64,000 nucleotides of DNA, from assembly GCA_000091205.1 (NCBI GenBank), contig AP006484.2; one strand, written 5' to 3'. Shown here in pieces: positions 21,207-32,735 of this stretch (position 1 is the stretch's first letter; each line of letters starts with the position of its first letter). The stretch is from Cyanidioschyzon merolae. Taxonomy: Eukaryota. The notes beneath the pieces are model-generated. The model was not told where the DNA came from and made no database searches. It saw only the letters and a program-made list of their open reading frames with translations. The translations under genes and the position numbers were made by a program.

Positions 21207-24023
21207 ATGCGGTCTAGGGTCAATGACAGAACGGGTGGGATCGAAGGTGAGGTTCTTGTAAGGGATCACCAGCACGGGCACGACCTCGTTGGTGACGGCA
21301 GTAACCTGCAGGCGGCGGACAGCACGCTGTTGTGGACGGCGTTTTCTGACGCCGCGGAGCACCGCAGCGCGGCTTCGAAGACGGCGACGGCGCCGGCGAG
21401 TGTGTCGCAGGGCTTGTTCGCTTCCGGGCAGTTGCACTGTGGCAACGGAGGCGTCGTGGACAATGTCCGAGCTGGAGTTACTGCCGCGAAGCCGTTGAGT
21501 GCTTTGGAAAAGCTAGCTACTTCAGAAGTGAACGCTGGAGTTGCGCTGCGACGTGTGCTCCAGCGAGTTGCTACTGAGCTCTTTCCGAAGCACTGGAACC
21601 AGGCTGTTGCGCGATATGCTGCAGAGCTTAATCAAGTAAGCGCTGAGCACACCAGATCATTGACAGATCTTTGGGCTTTTCTTCTCTACAACGGCATACG
21701 CGCTCTCGAGCAGAGCGTACTCCTAGTCAGTGGAGCCCAAGGGCAGCAAGTATTTATCGATCTTTCAGTCCGTAATACATGTATTACGGGAGATATCATT
21801 TGGTTCTTTATTGCGGAGTGCCTCTACCTTGTAGGCAAGTATGCAGAGAGTCTCGTTCGCCTTGTGTCGGAGGTGGATATCTCTGGTCAACCGATTGGCA
21901 ATGAGGAGGCTTCGCGGCTTGTCCTGGCTTTGAGAAGCTGGCCGTGCAATGGGCATCGAACTGTTCGGTTTGTTGCCTGTAGTTTGACTGGGTTCTGGCT
22001 CTCGGATGAGACGAGCATGCAGTGCCTGCAGATGCTCAAAGCAGAGCACAAATTCGGGATTCGTGAGCTGGTTCTGAACCACTGCCCCGTCGCGCATCCA
22101 AGTGCAACGAACACCGCCGGCCTCCTCGATGGCGTTCAAATTCTTCATCTGGCATCGACTAGAATTCGCAGCATGTGGAGTCTCGCAGAGATCGTGCGTA
22201 CGCTCAGCACAACCGTGAGACACTTGTGGATCGATCAGCCACCGCTTATCGTACCGCGCTGGCACGTCATACCGTCACTCAAGGCTTGGAAGCGAACAAG
22301 ATCCGGTGTGCACGCATCTTCTGACTCTTCAGAGGCACAAGAGCCTCTGGAAACGCATACCCGCGCACATAAGCTCGCCGTTTGGACACCGCGTCTTCGC
22401 TCGTACTCTCGGGCAGTCTCTGGTGCGACATCGCCGGCCGCTGCAGGCGCGACGTCGTCGCCTGCAGGCGCCCAGACGATGGAAGGTGCAGTTGACGACG
22501 AGCTGCAGACGAGGCGACTGCGGGCAGCTCCGATCGCCCGGCAAATGGCGGCGTCTCCTAACCCGGTAGTCCATGGAGTATATCCAGAAACCACGGGTAA
22601 TCTGATGCTGTGGTCGGATCGCAGTGCACAAGCAGAAGTAGCGGAATCCAAGCTCGAGATTTTTCTTACGGTTCAGGTGCCAACGCTTGAATCCCTCAAT
22701 GGTACTCCGTTGAACAAGGAAACGCGGAGCAAATACGCTGAATACTTTGATACGGGTCTATCAGGCTTCGGGCATGAGCGTCAGAGCCATATTGTTTCCC
22801 GCGTCGAAGCACGAGAGAACGGAAGTGATCACGCGAAAGGCCCGAGACGCGGATTTGGTATGGGGATCCTTGAGCGGATCGCTCCTCTCCGTCTCCGCTA
22901 CGATAGACCGCGAGCGCGTCTCGTATTGCCGCCGTCATATCGACCGCGGCAGTTTGAGTACCACCCATCGGTACCGGGTCGCGTTGCAGTGGGCACACTC
23001 CAAGGGACCGTACTATTCATGAATACGAGCGCCTCCGGGGAGCCGCTGACGGAGATTTCTCTCACTGGATCCATCCCACAAGCTCGAGCGCTTTTTCCGA
23101 CGTCGAGTGATGTTTATCATTGGCGGGACGCAACTACCCACCGCGGCACTGTGCTGGGGCTTTGTTGGCTACGGCAGCATCCGGAGACGCTTCTTGCCGG
23201 TGCCGATAACGGAGCTGTGGGGCTGATTCGCTTTGCGGAGGATGAAGGCTCCTTGGCACACACACTGAGCAGATTCCCGGAGTTTGTGGGACTCACTTCA
23301 CTGCACGCAAACGCTTCCGATGAAATGTTCATCACCAGCGGCTACTCGATCGACGTTGCTTTGTACGATATTCGCAAGCAGCAGCAGATTCGACTGTTTC
23401 ATGCTTGCCATCGCAAGCATATTAACGTCGTGAAGTTTAGTCATCACGCGCCGACGATATTCGCTACCTGCTCATTTGACAAGGGCGTTGCGCTCTGGGA
23501 TACTCGCGAACAATCGCCTATCTATCGACGGCAGATGCGTCGTGGTAACGTGATGATTTGTTTCTCTCCCGACGACTCCCGGCTGCTCGTTTCCGGTGAA
23601 GATAACCAAGTTGTCCAGCTGGAAACCTATTCCGGACGGACGATGAATGTGCTGTCGATCGATACACGTGGCTGTACGGCGAATTACACTCGCTCCTATT
23701 ATATGCGCTGTTTTGAAACGGATTTTATCATTACGGGCTCTTGCGAGGAGAGCATCGTCCGAATTTTTCAGGCGGAAACGGGTAAGCAGCTTTGTGATGT
23801 GGAAATGGATTGCATCCGGGAGCAGCTCGCTGAGCCTTTGGCCACGTTTCCCGAGGAGTTAACACGCTCTCGAGCGTTGCCGGGTGCAACTTTGCCCGTG
23901 CACCATTCGTATGTGCAAAGTCTGCGCCCGGATCCGTTTCGGCCCTTTGCGTTCTCGACGCTACTCGCTTACTACCAGGTCAATGTGTGTAGCGACATCA
24001 TGGAAGTCAACCTTCTTGGGTGA
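21207..24023 (+). CDS. Leucine-rich-repeat plus WD40-repeat protein
   Basis: The track start at 21198 is GTG. The first ATG is at 21207. The central region is LRR-like ('IRELVLNHCPV...LLDGVQILHLASTRIRSMWSLAEI...VRHLWIDQ'). The C-terminus has WD40 blades ('AVGLIRF', 'HINVVKFSHHAPTIFATCSFDKGVALWDTRE', 'VMICFSPDDSRLLVSGEDNQVVQLETYSGR'). Confidence 0.65.
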   Translation: MRSRVNDRTGGIEGEVLVRDHQHGHDLVGDGSNLQAADSTLLWTAFSDAAEHRSAASKTATAPASVSQGLFASGQLHCGNGGVVDNVRAGVTAAKPLSALEKLATSEVNAGVALRRVLQRVATELFPKHWNQAVARYAAELNQVSAEHTRSLTDLWAFLLYNGIRALEQSVLLVSGAQGQQVFIDLSVRNTCITGDIIWFFIAECLYLVGKYAESLVRLVSEVDISGQPIGNEEASRLVLALRSWPCNGHRTVRFVACSLTGFWLSDETSMQCLQMLKAEHKFGIRELVLNHCPVAHPSATNTAGLLDGVQILHLASTRIRSMWSLAEIVRTLSTTVRHLWIDQPPLIVPRWHVIPSLKAWKRTRSGVHASSDSSEAQEPLETHTRAHKLAVWTPRLRSYSRAVSGATSPAAAGATSSPAGAQTMEGAVDDELQTRRLRAAPIARQMAASPNPVVHGVYPETTGNLMLWSDRSAQAEVAESKLEIFLTVQVPTLESLNGTPLNKETRSKYAEYFDTGLSGFGHERQSHIVSRVEARENGSDHAKGPRRGFGMGILERIAPLRLRYDRPRARLVLPPSYRPRQFEYHPSVPGRVAVGTLQGTVLFMNTSASGEPLTEISLTGSIPQARALFPTSSDVYHWRDATTHRGTVLGLCWLRQHPETLLAGADNGAVGLIRFAEDEGSLAHTLSRFPEFVGLTSLHANASDEMFITSGYSIDVALYDIRKQQQIRLFHACHRKHINVVKFSHHAPTIFATCSFDKGVALWDTREQSPIYRRQMRRGNVMICFSPDDSRLLVSGEDNQVVQLETYSGRTMNVLSIDTRGCTANYTRSYYMRCFETDFIITGSCEESIVRIFQAETGKQLCDVEMDCIREQLAEPLATFPEELTRSRALPGATLPVHHSYVQSLRPDPFRPFAFSTLLAYYQVNVCSDIMEVNLLG

Positions 24024-24464
24024 ACGTGTCGCGTCTACGTTGCCAGTTTCATCGACGACGAGAAAGGCGACGACAAGCAGCATTGACCTCAATGCTGTGT
24101 CGCGTTGCGATTTCTGTGCAGCGTCGATGCCGATCAGGGCCTGAAGGACCATGCCACTTATTTGAATGCATTTCAAGTGATTCGCAAGACACGCAGGCGG
24201 GTGTAGTACGCGTGGCGATTCCATGGCAAAAGCATCACCTAGCGCTTGTGTTGGTGCACCACGCTCCAGCCCAGACGCAACGACGCGCTGTGCACGGTCG
24301 GAAACCGCACGACAGGCGGATCCGGATCCATCTGGACCAGAAGACCATGCAATGAGGTCTGAGGATTTTCGCAGCATCCACCATGATCGCGTTGCCCCAT
24401 CAGACGCGATCCTGAATATGCTCGTGCTACTGGTGGGCATCCCCTCATCCTACGGGCCGGTCGT

Positions 24465-25088
24465 TCAGTCGGCCAGGGCTCGTTCGATCAGGGCCCTAGT
24501 TAAGTCCTTATTCAGTCCCATGACTGAGTCCACAGTACCGACGATATGGTGTACGAACTTTGTCAGTAGCGGATGTTCCACCATGAGACCTCCGGAACAC
24601 GCAAAAACGGCGCCCTCAGCGATGAGGCGCTCAACCACTGACTCTGGTATTGGATGGAAGTAAACCTCGGCCCGGTCGATCGCTTCATACCGCTTTCCGG
24701 TTGAGAGGTTGCTTACAACGATAGACCCAACCGTTATCGCTGGAGCGTTCGCGTAGGACGCGATGAATTGACGAGCTTCAGCCGGGTCCTGGGGCTTTTC
24801 TAGTATGCGACCCTGGTGGACCACCACCTGGTCACCGGTAAGGAGCAGCAGAGGCTCCGCTGTAGTCCGACTGCTCCCCTTTTCATTCTTGAGCATCTTC
24901 ACAAGCGCATCGGCTTTGGCGTTGCCAAGGAGTCGAACGAGTTGTTCTGCCTCGGGGTGACGGATCGCTTCTTCGTCGATCCCCGGCTTGAGGATGCTGA
25001 ACTCGTAGCCTAGCTCCTTCAGCAGCTGTTGTCTTGAACGAGAGGAAGAGCCGAGAATCAGTCTAAAAGGCCGTGGGTGCTGGTTCAT
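24465..25088 (-). CDS. Maf-family nucleoside-triphosphate pyrophosphatase (Maf/ASMTL-like)
   Basis: Maf signature at the N-terminus ('LILGSSSRSRQQLLKELGYEFSILKPGIDEE') and the conserved 'LLLLTGDQVVVHQGRILEKPQDPAEARQFIASYANAPAITVGSIVV' block. Stop confirmed at 24465-24467 on the minus strand. Converges with the LRR/WD gene. Confidence 0.8.
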   Translation of the reverse strand: MNQHPRPFRLILGSSSRSRQQLLKELGYEFSILKPGIDEEAIRHPEAEQLVRLLGNAKADALVKMLKNEKGSSRTTAEPLLLLTGDQVVVHQGRILEKPQDPAEARQFIASYANAPAITVGSIVVSNLSTGKRYEAIDRAEVYFHPIPESVVERLIAEGAVFACSGGLMVEHPLLTKFVHHIVGTVDSVMGLNKDLTRALIERALAD

Positions 25089-28000
25089 ATCGCTGTCTAG
25101 TCTCGTAGTAGCTGGTCGGCGGTAACACGCCTAACTATGAAACGATGTCGGCTGATATACGGCCAGGAGAAGCCGAACAACGTTTGCGGCACTTGGGCGC
25201 CTGCCGGGAGCGGTGAACCAGCTGGCCGCTTCTGGAGAAGCATCGAACGTTTAAACAGAATGAATCACTTTGCGCATTCGATAAAAAGTACTCCCGATAT
25301 CGCCAGTATTTCACTGTTCGGCGATTTTGCTGTTGGTCGCTTCGAGCCGGGCTCAGTGAGCGAATTTCAGAGGAATATTGCTCTAAGGCTGGCAAGTGCG
25401 TGTATCCGCGAAAGACAAGAGCTACGTTCCGCTAGATACCGATTCCATTCTTCCATTCAGCGATATCGGAAGTAGACGCATCGATCCTGAACGATACGGT
25501 AGACAGGCACGGCTCTTCCGCCTTGGATCGACTCCCGCGAGCTGATTTAAAGTTGCAATCAGCATCTGGTAGCCCTCGTGGAGTCGAGATGCGGTTTTTG
25601 GTACACTACTGAAGCTTGTTACCTCTTTCCGGCGTATTAAGAGCGTTCAAGCGCTGCGTGAGAGGCCAAAGCTTCCCTCTAATGAGCTGATGCGTACCTT
25701 GGACACATCATCGAAGACGTACTTGGCAGAAAGCGCGGCAATATGGATGCTAAATCGCTGTACGTGTATTCGAATCCATAAAAGCGCATCATAAAGGAAT
25801 AACGTATGTTCCTGATGCGTTAAAGCACAGGCAATACATCCTGCGCGAGAAACTCTCGTGCCATCCTTTACGGGGTCAAGATAATATTTCCGCTCATTCC
25901 GCTGGCATAGCGGGGAACTGGTACGCAAAGCTTCCATTGGCAGACAGGTGCTCTTGCTGCGAATTGTACAGCGAATATGTGGAACTCGATGCCCCTGATA
26001 TTCCCGAAGAGAATAAGCCAAATGGAATGCCAGTTTTGTAGTCAGCCGGGTGCAGCTTATACCGGCCATTGCGGAACCGGAAGCGTGGCAACGTGGCCAA
26101 CGCATATGCTGAAACGTTCCTGGAATATTGGATCCATCAAAAGTGGCATCTGCGATACCGCGAAAAGGTATGCTCACTGGAATGGGTTTTGAAATACCTA
26201 GAACGGCACGCATCGTTTGCCTTCTCTGATTCCCGTCGCCGGTATTCGACAAAAAGATTTCACCCCGTACATTCGAGAAAGGTCACGTAAGCACTACATG
26301 ATGTCAGTGCTTGCATGTGAAACACGAACTTACTTTCACATGCAAGTCATTCTACGAACGGCGGGTACAGGAACCACCCTTCTCGTAGTCCACATACTAC
26401 GTGGTGTGCATCCAAAATAGAACTTATCAAACTCGCTATCGACGACTGTTTCCTCGTCAATCCTTTCCGTGCGATACGTTCTTCACGAAACGCTACCAAA
26501 GAAGCAACAGTGCGGCAACTTTACGCAACGCTGATACGAACGGTGGAGAACAGACACGGATGGAAAAAGTAAGATGTATGCCTCTATGGGAGAGCGGTGC
26601 GCGTTGCTCACCGAACTATCAGAGTCGCACCCAAATACGAAAGCTTATTGCCGCAGCAACGAATGTTCGTCTCACTCGACGAGACTTCAGACGTAGTAGA
26701 TCTGCATGAGGGCACTCGAAGAGGGCCCCATTGTCGCCCGTGCAGAATAGACGAGCGAGCATTCCGGCAACGTCAGCCCTGGCGATGATTCCACTGCTTG
26801 GTCGCCTACGAATCGAGAAAAGCACAGGGTCGTTCGGCAACGCTTCTCGTCACCTAAGCAGTTCGTGGCTCCCCGTTACCGCCATCTTCCATCCTGCTCT
26901 TATACAGCGTTGCTTTTCGTCATCCAAAGGCGGTCCAGGAGCACGTACCCGAGACTGGCATTGAGCGACTATTTGTGCCTGCCGATTCTCCGAGATTCGA
27001 TCCTATGAAAGGCATCTTCTCTGCTGAGAAACGCCAATATACGCTCCCGGATCGATAGTCGAGTCGTTCGCATCTGTGGAACCGTCCGTCGACGAGTCCT
27101 TCCGTGCTGGTACTATCCCTGAACTGGGCTACTGACCCTCTGCTCGTGCCAGGAAGTGAGCGGAAGGGCTCGCTTCGGTCGCGCCGCCCGCCCAGTACCA
27201 GTGAGTCCCGAGGGAGAACATTCGGATGTAGCGTATAGGAGAAAAACCCACGGAGAGACGAGATCAACCTGCAACCATGGTCAAGGCACTCCTACGAAAA
27301 CACATCACCTGGTAGAATCTCGCCCAAAGTGAGACGCTGGACGTTGTTTAGCGAAAAATGCCTCCTACTCTGGGAAGATTCGTCTTCCTTCTCTCGCCTT
27401 AACATACATCCTCAAGCGACTGTTGGTAGGATTGTAGGAGACAGGACGGGCAGCTGTCCAGAGTCTGCCGGTACGTATTCAGTCCAACCCTGGTGCGACA
27501 ACTGATGCTCTCGATGGAAGACGGAATACATACCCGGCTTTTCTATGGCTGTATCTCATCGAGAGTCGGGCATGTTCGACGCTACGAGGCGCACCAGCAA
27601 GCGGAATGTCGGCGTCACGACCTGTCTTGACACACTGGGCTTCGCATCGAGCAGGGAATGATGCTCCAGACGCCTCTCATAGAGTATACATGATCGTCCG
27701 GATGGGTCATACGGGCGCACTTTGGCTAAAGCACATGCATCCGTGTTGAGGTCGCCAACGTTTCCGGTTATTCGGAGGGGAAAAACGTGCACTCGCAACT
27801 CTCTCGTTGCATTCGATGAGAAATTGGCAGACGTGTTGCGTCTGTTCTTTGGTTGTAGCCTACGGCGCTGGATATGCTGTTGGGCGCGAGGGTCGCACTC
27901 GTGCCGCATGTGGAGCACACAAAGAGTGCAGCAACCCATGCTGCACGATGCCCGTCTTTGCGTACAGGACGGCATACATATATTGCGAGCACAGGTGCGC

Positions 28001-29758
28001 ACTGAAACCTGCACGGGAGAAGAGCGTGAATCGACGCTGGATGCACGGGATGTCGCACAAAAAGCTGACCGAAGGTCAGGTTACGAGAACATTGACCGTG
28101 GGCGGCTTGGCTTGGTGTGATTCGACCAGGAACAACGCGCACAAGCACTTGCTGCAGCATGACTTGAAGGTTTCGATCAGCAGTCGGGACTATCCCACGC
28201 TTCCAAAGCGACCAGCGGCTTTATCTTCGGAGGAATTTGGAGGGAGTCCTTTCGCAGCTAGTGTGGGCATTGTGCTGGAACGCTGAAGGCTTGCGATGAA
28301 GAAAAGCAGTATCGGCCAGGAGAGAGGGTCGGGTTTCCATCCGAAGCAACGCACAAGGATGATGTCGTCAGCGACCCAGATATGCTAGAGCGCCGAATGC
28401 GTACACCGAGAATGATTTACCATGGCAATCGGTGAAAGACAAATATGGTCCATTATTCGAAATTCCCATATATCTAGTTTTCAGCGATCACCTCAACAGA
28501 AAGGACTGCATTCCCGGAAACATAGACATTCGTGCGTTCGCTCGTCCACAACAGATAATACCGCTCGTTTCGAGAATCAGTTCAACGGATGCCTGAATGT
28601 CACCCACCCGCGTTGCGAAATTATTGAACCGTGCTTTTTTCCATGAAATAACCTTTCGAGCCGGACTTACTCAAGCTCCTGCAGGCATGCGTAGAAGGTT
28701 GTTTTTCGGAAGGCCAGATTGATCGAGTAGTAGCCTCCGATCAAGCTCCAGCGTTTTCTACAAACATGGCAGATAGCTTTTACTGGTCGGCGGCTGCTGA
28801 ATAAAGCTCGTTTCGCATAGGCGCGGGCGTATCGCTGGGAACCAGGCGTGCGGCCTCCGTTCCTTTTGAAGAGGCCCTACGAAGGCTCGCAGCCAGCGTA
28901 GCAGAGATCCGAGTGCGGACCTTCCTTCACACTACATGTGTTCATGATGCAGCAATGAAAAAGTGTTGTGGTACTGTTGTCGGTGTGCTTTGGCGGGTTC
29001 TCGCACTAGGGTCCATTACTAGACCGGATGTCAGACAAAGGCGTCTCCGCGAGGCGACTTGCAGTCGAGTCGTCTTGCGATGGACGCGGAGTTTACAATC
29101 GGGAGCGTATGGCGTCTATGCCGGAGTTGGTGCATGATCAATGACGTACCAAGACTGATAAAAGTATGGACAACCAAAGACGATGTGCGACTCCGGACTG
29201 ATGCAGCGGAGGTGTCACGATCTATCGGGATACAAACACGGACACAAAAACAGAAGGTCCATGGCGTGCTTCGAGAGGCGCTCTTCAGTGCCGCAACCTA
29301 CGCGATGCAGATACCGCCCGACTGCTGCTCGGCTCGTTGCTCGTTGCAATGGAGCTCGAGAGAGGGTCCTGGTCTCCTCAGATTATCTTTCGCTCAAAAT
29401 CCATTATATTCAAGATACCTGTCTCTAGGGGAAGCCGGATGCATTCCCGCAAACGAAAGCTGACCTGCTCCGATGCATTCCGCACGGCATCATCGCTGAG
29501 ACAGCAGGTGCAGATAATCAGTCGTAGGATGCTCACACTGAGCTTGAACAACGAACCTCGATGGAGAGCGATGTACGTGTTCAAAGAACGCCCCCAAACG
29601 CCGGGGTAGTCCACCTGTCTAGCTATTCATCTCCGGGACACGACTCGCGAATCATCCAAACCGTGGTTTGTGATTCGTCTACTAGCGAACACAGTCCGAG
29701 TTACGAGAAGGGGCGTCCCGGTTCCGAGGCGCCACTCGAGGGCTCCCGCGCAGCCATC

Positions 29759-31198
29759 TCAAGAGCTATACATTAGAGAAGACTGCTTCCAAGCGGCCGT
29801 TCCTATTCGTTCTCGATACGCTCGAGCAGAGGCGCCTTCTAAGAAGCCGTTACAAGCACGTCCCTGTGCGGCGAGAAGTCGACACTCCAAAAAGCTTGCA
29901 AAAACACTCGCTGCTGCGATGCCAGCCGCATCTGCAACCGTTGAAACGGCCAGTGCCCATTCCCGTGCCTGCGGATGGGTCCCATGTCGAATACTCCAGA
30001 AGGTATTGGCGTAGGATGCACCACCGAGTAGACCCTCAAGAAAGACGATGCATCCAATGGCTCGACTCGAGAAGAAGCCCTTCGTGAAAAACCGCGATCC
30101 AGAAGCAGCTGCCGAGAGGAGCGTGAGATTCATGCCTTGTACAACAGGAAAAATCCACAACCGGCTGATTCGCACAACCGCTATACTGCTACGCGAGACG
30201 AAAACTGCCACCTGGTAGATAACTTGAAAACGCCGGTAGAGTCCATGGTCACCACTTGCTGGTGCATTATCCAAAGATCCGACTTCACGGAAATAGGGGC
30301 TCCCGTCAAAAGTCGGTAACACCCCTTGATTGATGCTGTACTCCGCAAAATAAACCAGGGCGAGGGGTAGGAGAAAACTGCGCCATAGCTGCAAAAGAAG
30401 GGCTCGGTGAGGCTCACCCGACACCCCCGCTTCGGTGGTTGCATACTGCACTTCTCCACGCGAGTATGACCCCATCTCTGCGTCTGAGACAGCTTTCATT
30501 GGCCTCCAGGTTCCAGACGTTCGCGATACCTGCCACGAATACTGGGGTGACGGCAAACATTGATATGCAGCTGCGATCATGAGCGGCGCGAATGCTAGCG
30601 CCAGCAGCGATGTCTTGGGACGCCAGCCTAATCCGCTTACAAGGAGTGCGTAACTCGCTGCGCCTGCAACTCCAGCAAAACCGGTTCCGGAGCTCCATCC
30701 TGTTAGAGTCTCGGAGCCGTACACAGCCGACAGCGCGAGAAACGTCGCCTCTCCGAGCGCACCTGCAATACTAATAAAGGAGATGGACACAAGCAGCAAT
30801 ACCCGCGCCAAGACGCTTATTCGTTCGGCGCACACAGCCGCTAATAAGAAGGCAAGCGTTCCCGTCACAGATACGAATGCAACGAGTCCGCCATAAGCAC
30901 TACCTCGAAACCAAAAACCAAGTGATACCTTGACGAGCAAGCCCGGAACCACGTCGGCGAATAGCACTGCACCAGCGTGCTTTTCTAACAAGTCTTCCGC
31001 TGCACTCAGAAACACGACATATGCAAAGTTATTTATAAGACCAAAGATGAAGAAAACAAGAGCAGTGCGCCAGTTCGGAGGTGTCAACGACTCCTCTGCG
31101 AGAGGGTTTCGTGAGGGCACCGCTGCTGCGTTGACCCGGTTGTCGAAGCCGTGGCTCGTGCTGGAGACGCTTTCGCCCGGAGCCTGGTTCTCGGTCAT
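29759..31198 (-). CDS. CLN3: CLN3/battenin (Btn1) family lysosomal/vacuolar membrane protein
   Basis: Hallmark CLN3 motif 'FGLINNFAYVVFLSAAEDLL', then multiple hydrophobic helices throughout ('LAFLLAAVCAE', 'LLVSISFISIAGALGEATFLALSAVYG', 'TGFAGVAGAASYALLVSGLG'). 479 aa is typical for the family. Confidence 0.85.
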   Translation of the reverse strand: MTENQAPGESVSSTSHGFDNRVNAAAVPSRNPLAEESLTPPNWRTALVFFIFGLINNFAYVVFLSAAEDLLEKHAGAVLFADVVPGLLVKVSLGFWFRGSAYGGLVAFVSVTGTLAFLLAAVCAERISVLARVLLLVSISFISIAGALGEATFLALSAVYGSETLTGWSSGTGFAGVAGAASYALLVSGLGWRPKTSLLALAFAPLMIAAAYQCLPSPQYSWQVSRTSGTWRPMKAVSDAEMGSYSRGEVQYATTEAGVSGEPHRALLLQLWRSFLLPLALVYFAEYSINQGVLPTFDGSPYFREVGSLDNAPASGDHGLYRRFQVIYQVAVFVSRSSIAVVRISRLWIFPVVQGMNLTLLSAAASGSRFFTKGFFSSRAIGCIVFLEGLLGGASYANTFWSIRHGTHPQAREWALAVSTVADAAGIAAASVFASFLECRLLAAQGRACNGFLEGASARAYRERIGTAAWKQSSLMYSS

Positions 31199-32619
31199 CC
31201 GCGATACTTCCAGAGACTTATGGGGCCTTTCACCGCCCTAGTTCGCCTAAGCGAACCTAGTGCCACGGGGCTTTGCGGATCCGTTTGACGGGGTCCAGTA
31301 CCCAAAAGCCTCAAAGCGCGCGATAGCCAGATTGCTGCGGGTACGTTCATGGAGATCGCTTTGAGATATGATCGTGAACCTGGAACTAGCTCCAGCTGAT
31401 TAAGGCGTAAAAGTGGCAAGATGATCTTTTCTGTACAGATTTTTTCGTTCATGCGTTCTTGTAAGGCAGCGTGGGGCATAGCATGGGTGCGTCGGATGGT
31501 TCCGCTTCGGTATCCGTAGCGACTCGACGACACTGCTGCTTGCGTACGGGGTTCGCGCGGAGGAGTGGCACTCATGGACGCTGTTGAGCAACCGGGGTTT
31601 TCCTTGATCAGAAACGAAGACACATCGCAAGGATGTTACGAAATGTTTATAAAAAGCAGTGAACCAAAGAAGCACTGGGACGTGCGCTGTGAACAGTGCT
31701 GAAAACGGTCACTTTGACGAAGTCTGGCGCACGCGTCTTTTTTGTCTTCGGTCTGCTGAACACCCTTCTGGGAGCCTTCAGAAATGAGCTTGATCGTATG
31801 GGCGCTGGTTGATAAGCTCGAACACGCGCTCATCTGAGAAGCATTCGTCAACTCGGATACTGTGGAACTCTACCGTGAAAGTCTGTGCGCCAGTGAACCG
31901 CAGCCCGAAAACTCAACGAGGCGTTTGCTGCTGATCGCTCGGATAGCTGGCGACGACCCCGTCACGAGACATTCTCCTTACCAGCAGGCTCCAGTAGCTG
32001 CATTGGCGAGTGCTCATCAGACCAAGCAGCATCATCAACACCGTCGCGGATGTGAGCGCAGCGACGCGTCTCTGATTCAGCCCTTAGCAGAGACAACAGA
32101 CCAGCGTTTTGGCGTCCGTAAAACTTATAAATGTTTACAGCGAAAGGAATCAGCTTATGACGATCCTCTAGCACTGCACATGCGAATAAGGAATGCACTC
32201 TGTTGTGCTTGGAGCGCAGCATAAGCGGACGGTGTCCCGCAGACCGTCTGCCTGAAGTACTGCCAGCACCTCGTCCAGCTCGTAAGCCCCGCCTCGTACC
32301 TTCTAACTCTACAGCGACACTGCTCATGGAAATAACTCGCAGTGATTGTATTGATGCTCGGATATCGTTCTCGAGCAGCAGGGTATTTATTGGCTTGCTG
32401 TCAAGCAGCACTTTGCCGGAAATCCGATCATCGTGTTTACAAAGCCGCGTGTCGCGATGTCTGCCACCGAAAGCTAACGAATAAGCAACCTTTTTCTTTG
32501 CGGAAATTCAACGGAACACGAACAGACGCGTCATCATTTTGGGCATGCACCATGTGTCGAGCTCGGTCACACCAGATGAGGCTCTCTGCTCACCAGTAAT
32601 ACGTTTCTCTGTGGCTAGA

Positions 32620-32735
32620 TACGTATGCCTGGGCGACTGCTTGTGCGTAAGCACGTCCATGTTCGTTTGCAAGTGCTTCGGAGTCTGCGTATGCATATGC
32701 TTTTGCGTATGCATATGCTTATGCGCGTGCGTCAG
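32620..32735. repeat. Imperfect tandem repeat, (TGCGTATGCATATGCTT)-like units
   Basis: Direct read: ...gtctgcgtatgcatatgcttttgcgtatgcatatgcttatgcgcgtgcg. Lies immediately 3' of the Hbs1-like gene stop, in the probable 3'UTR. Confidence 0.5.
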
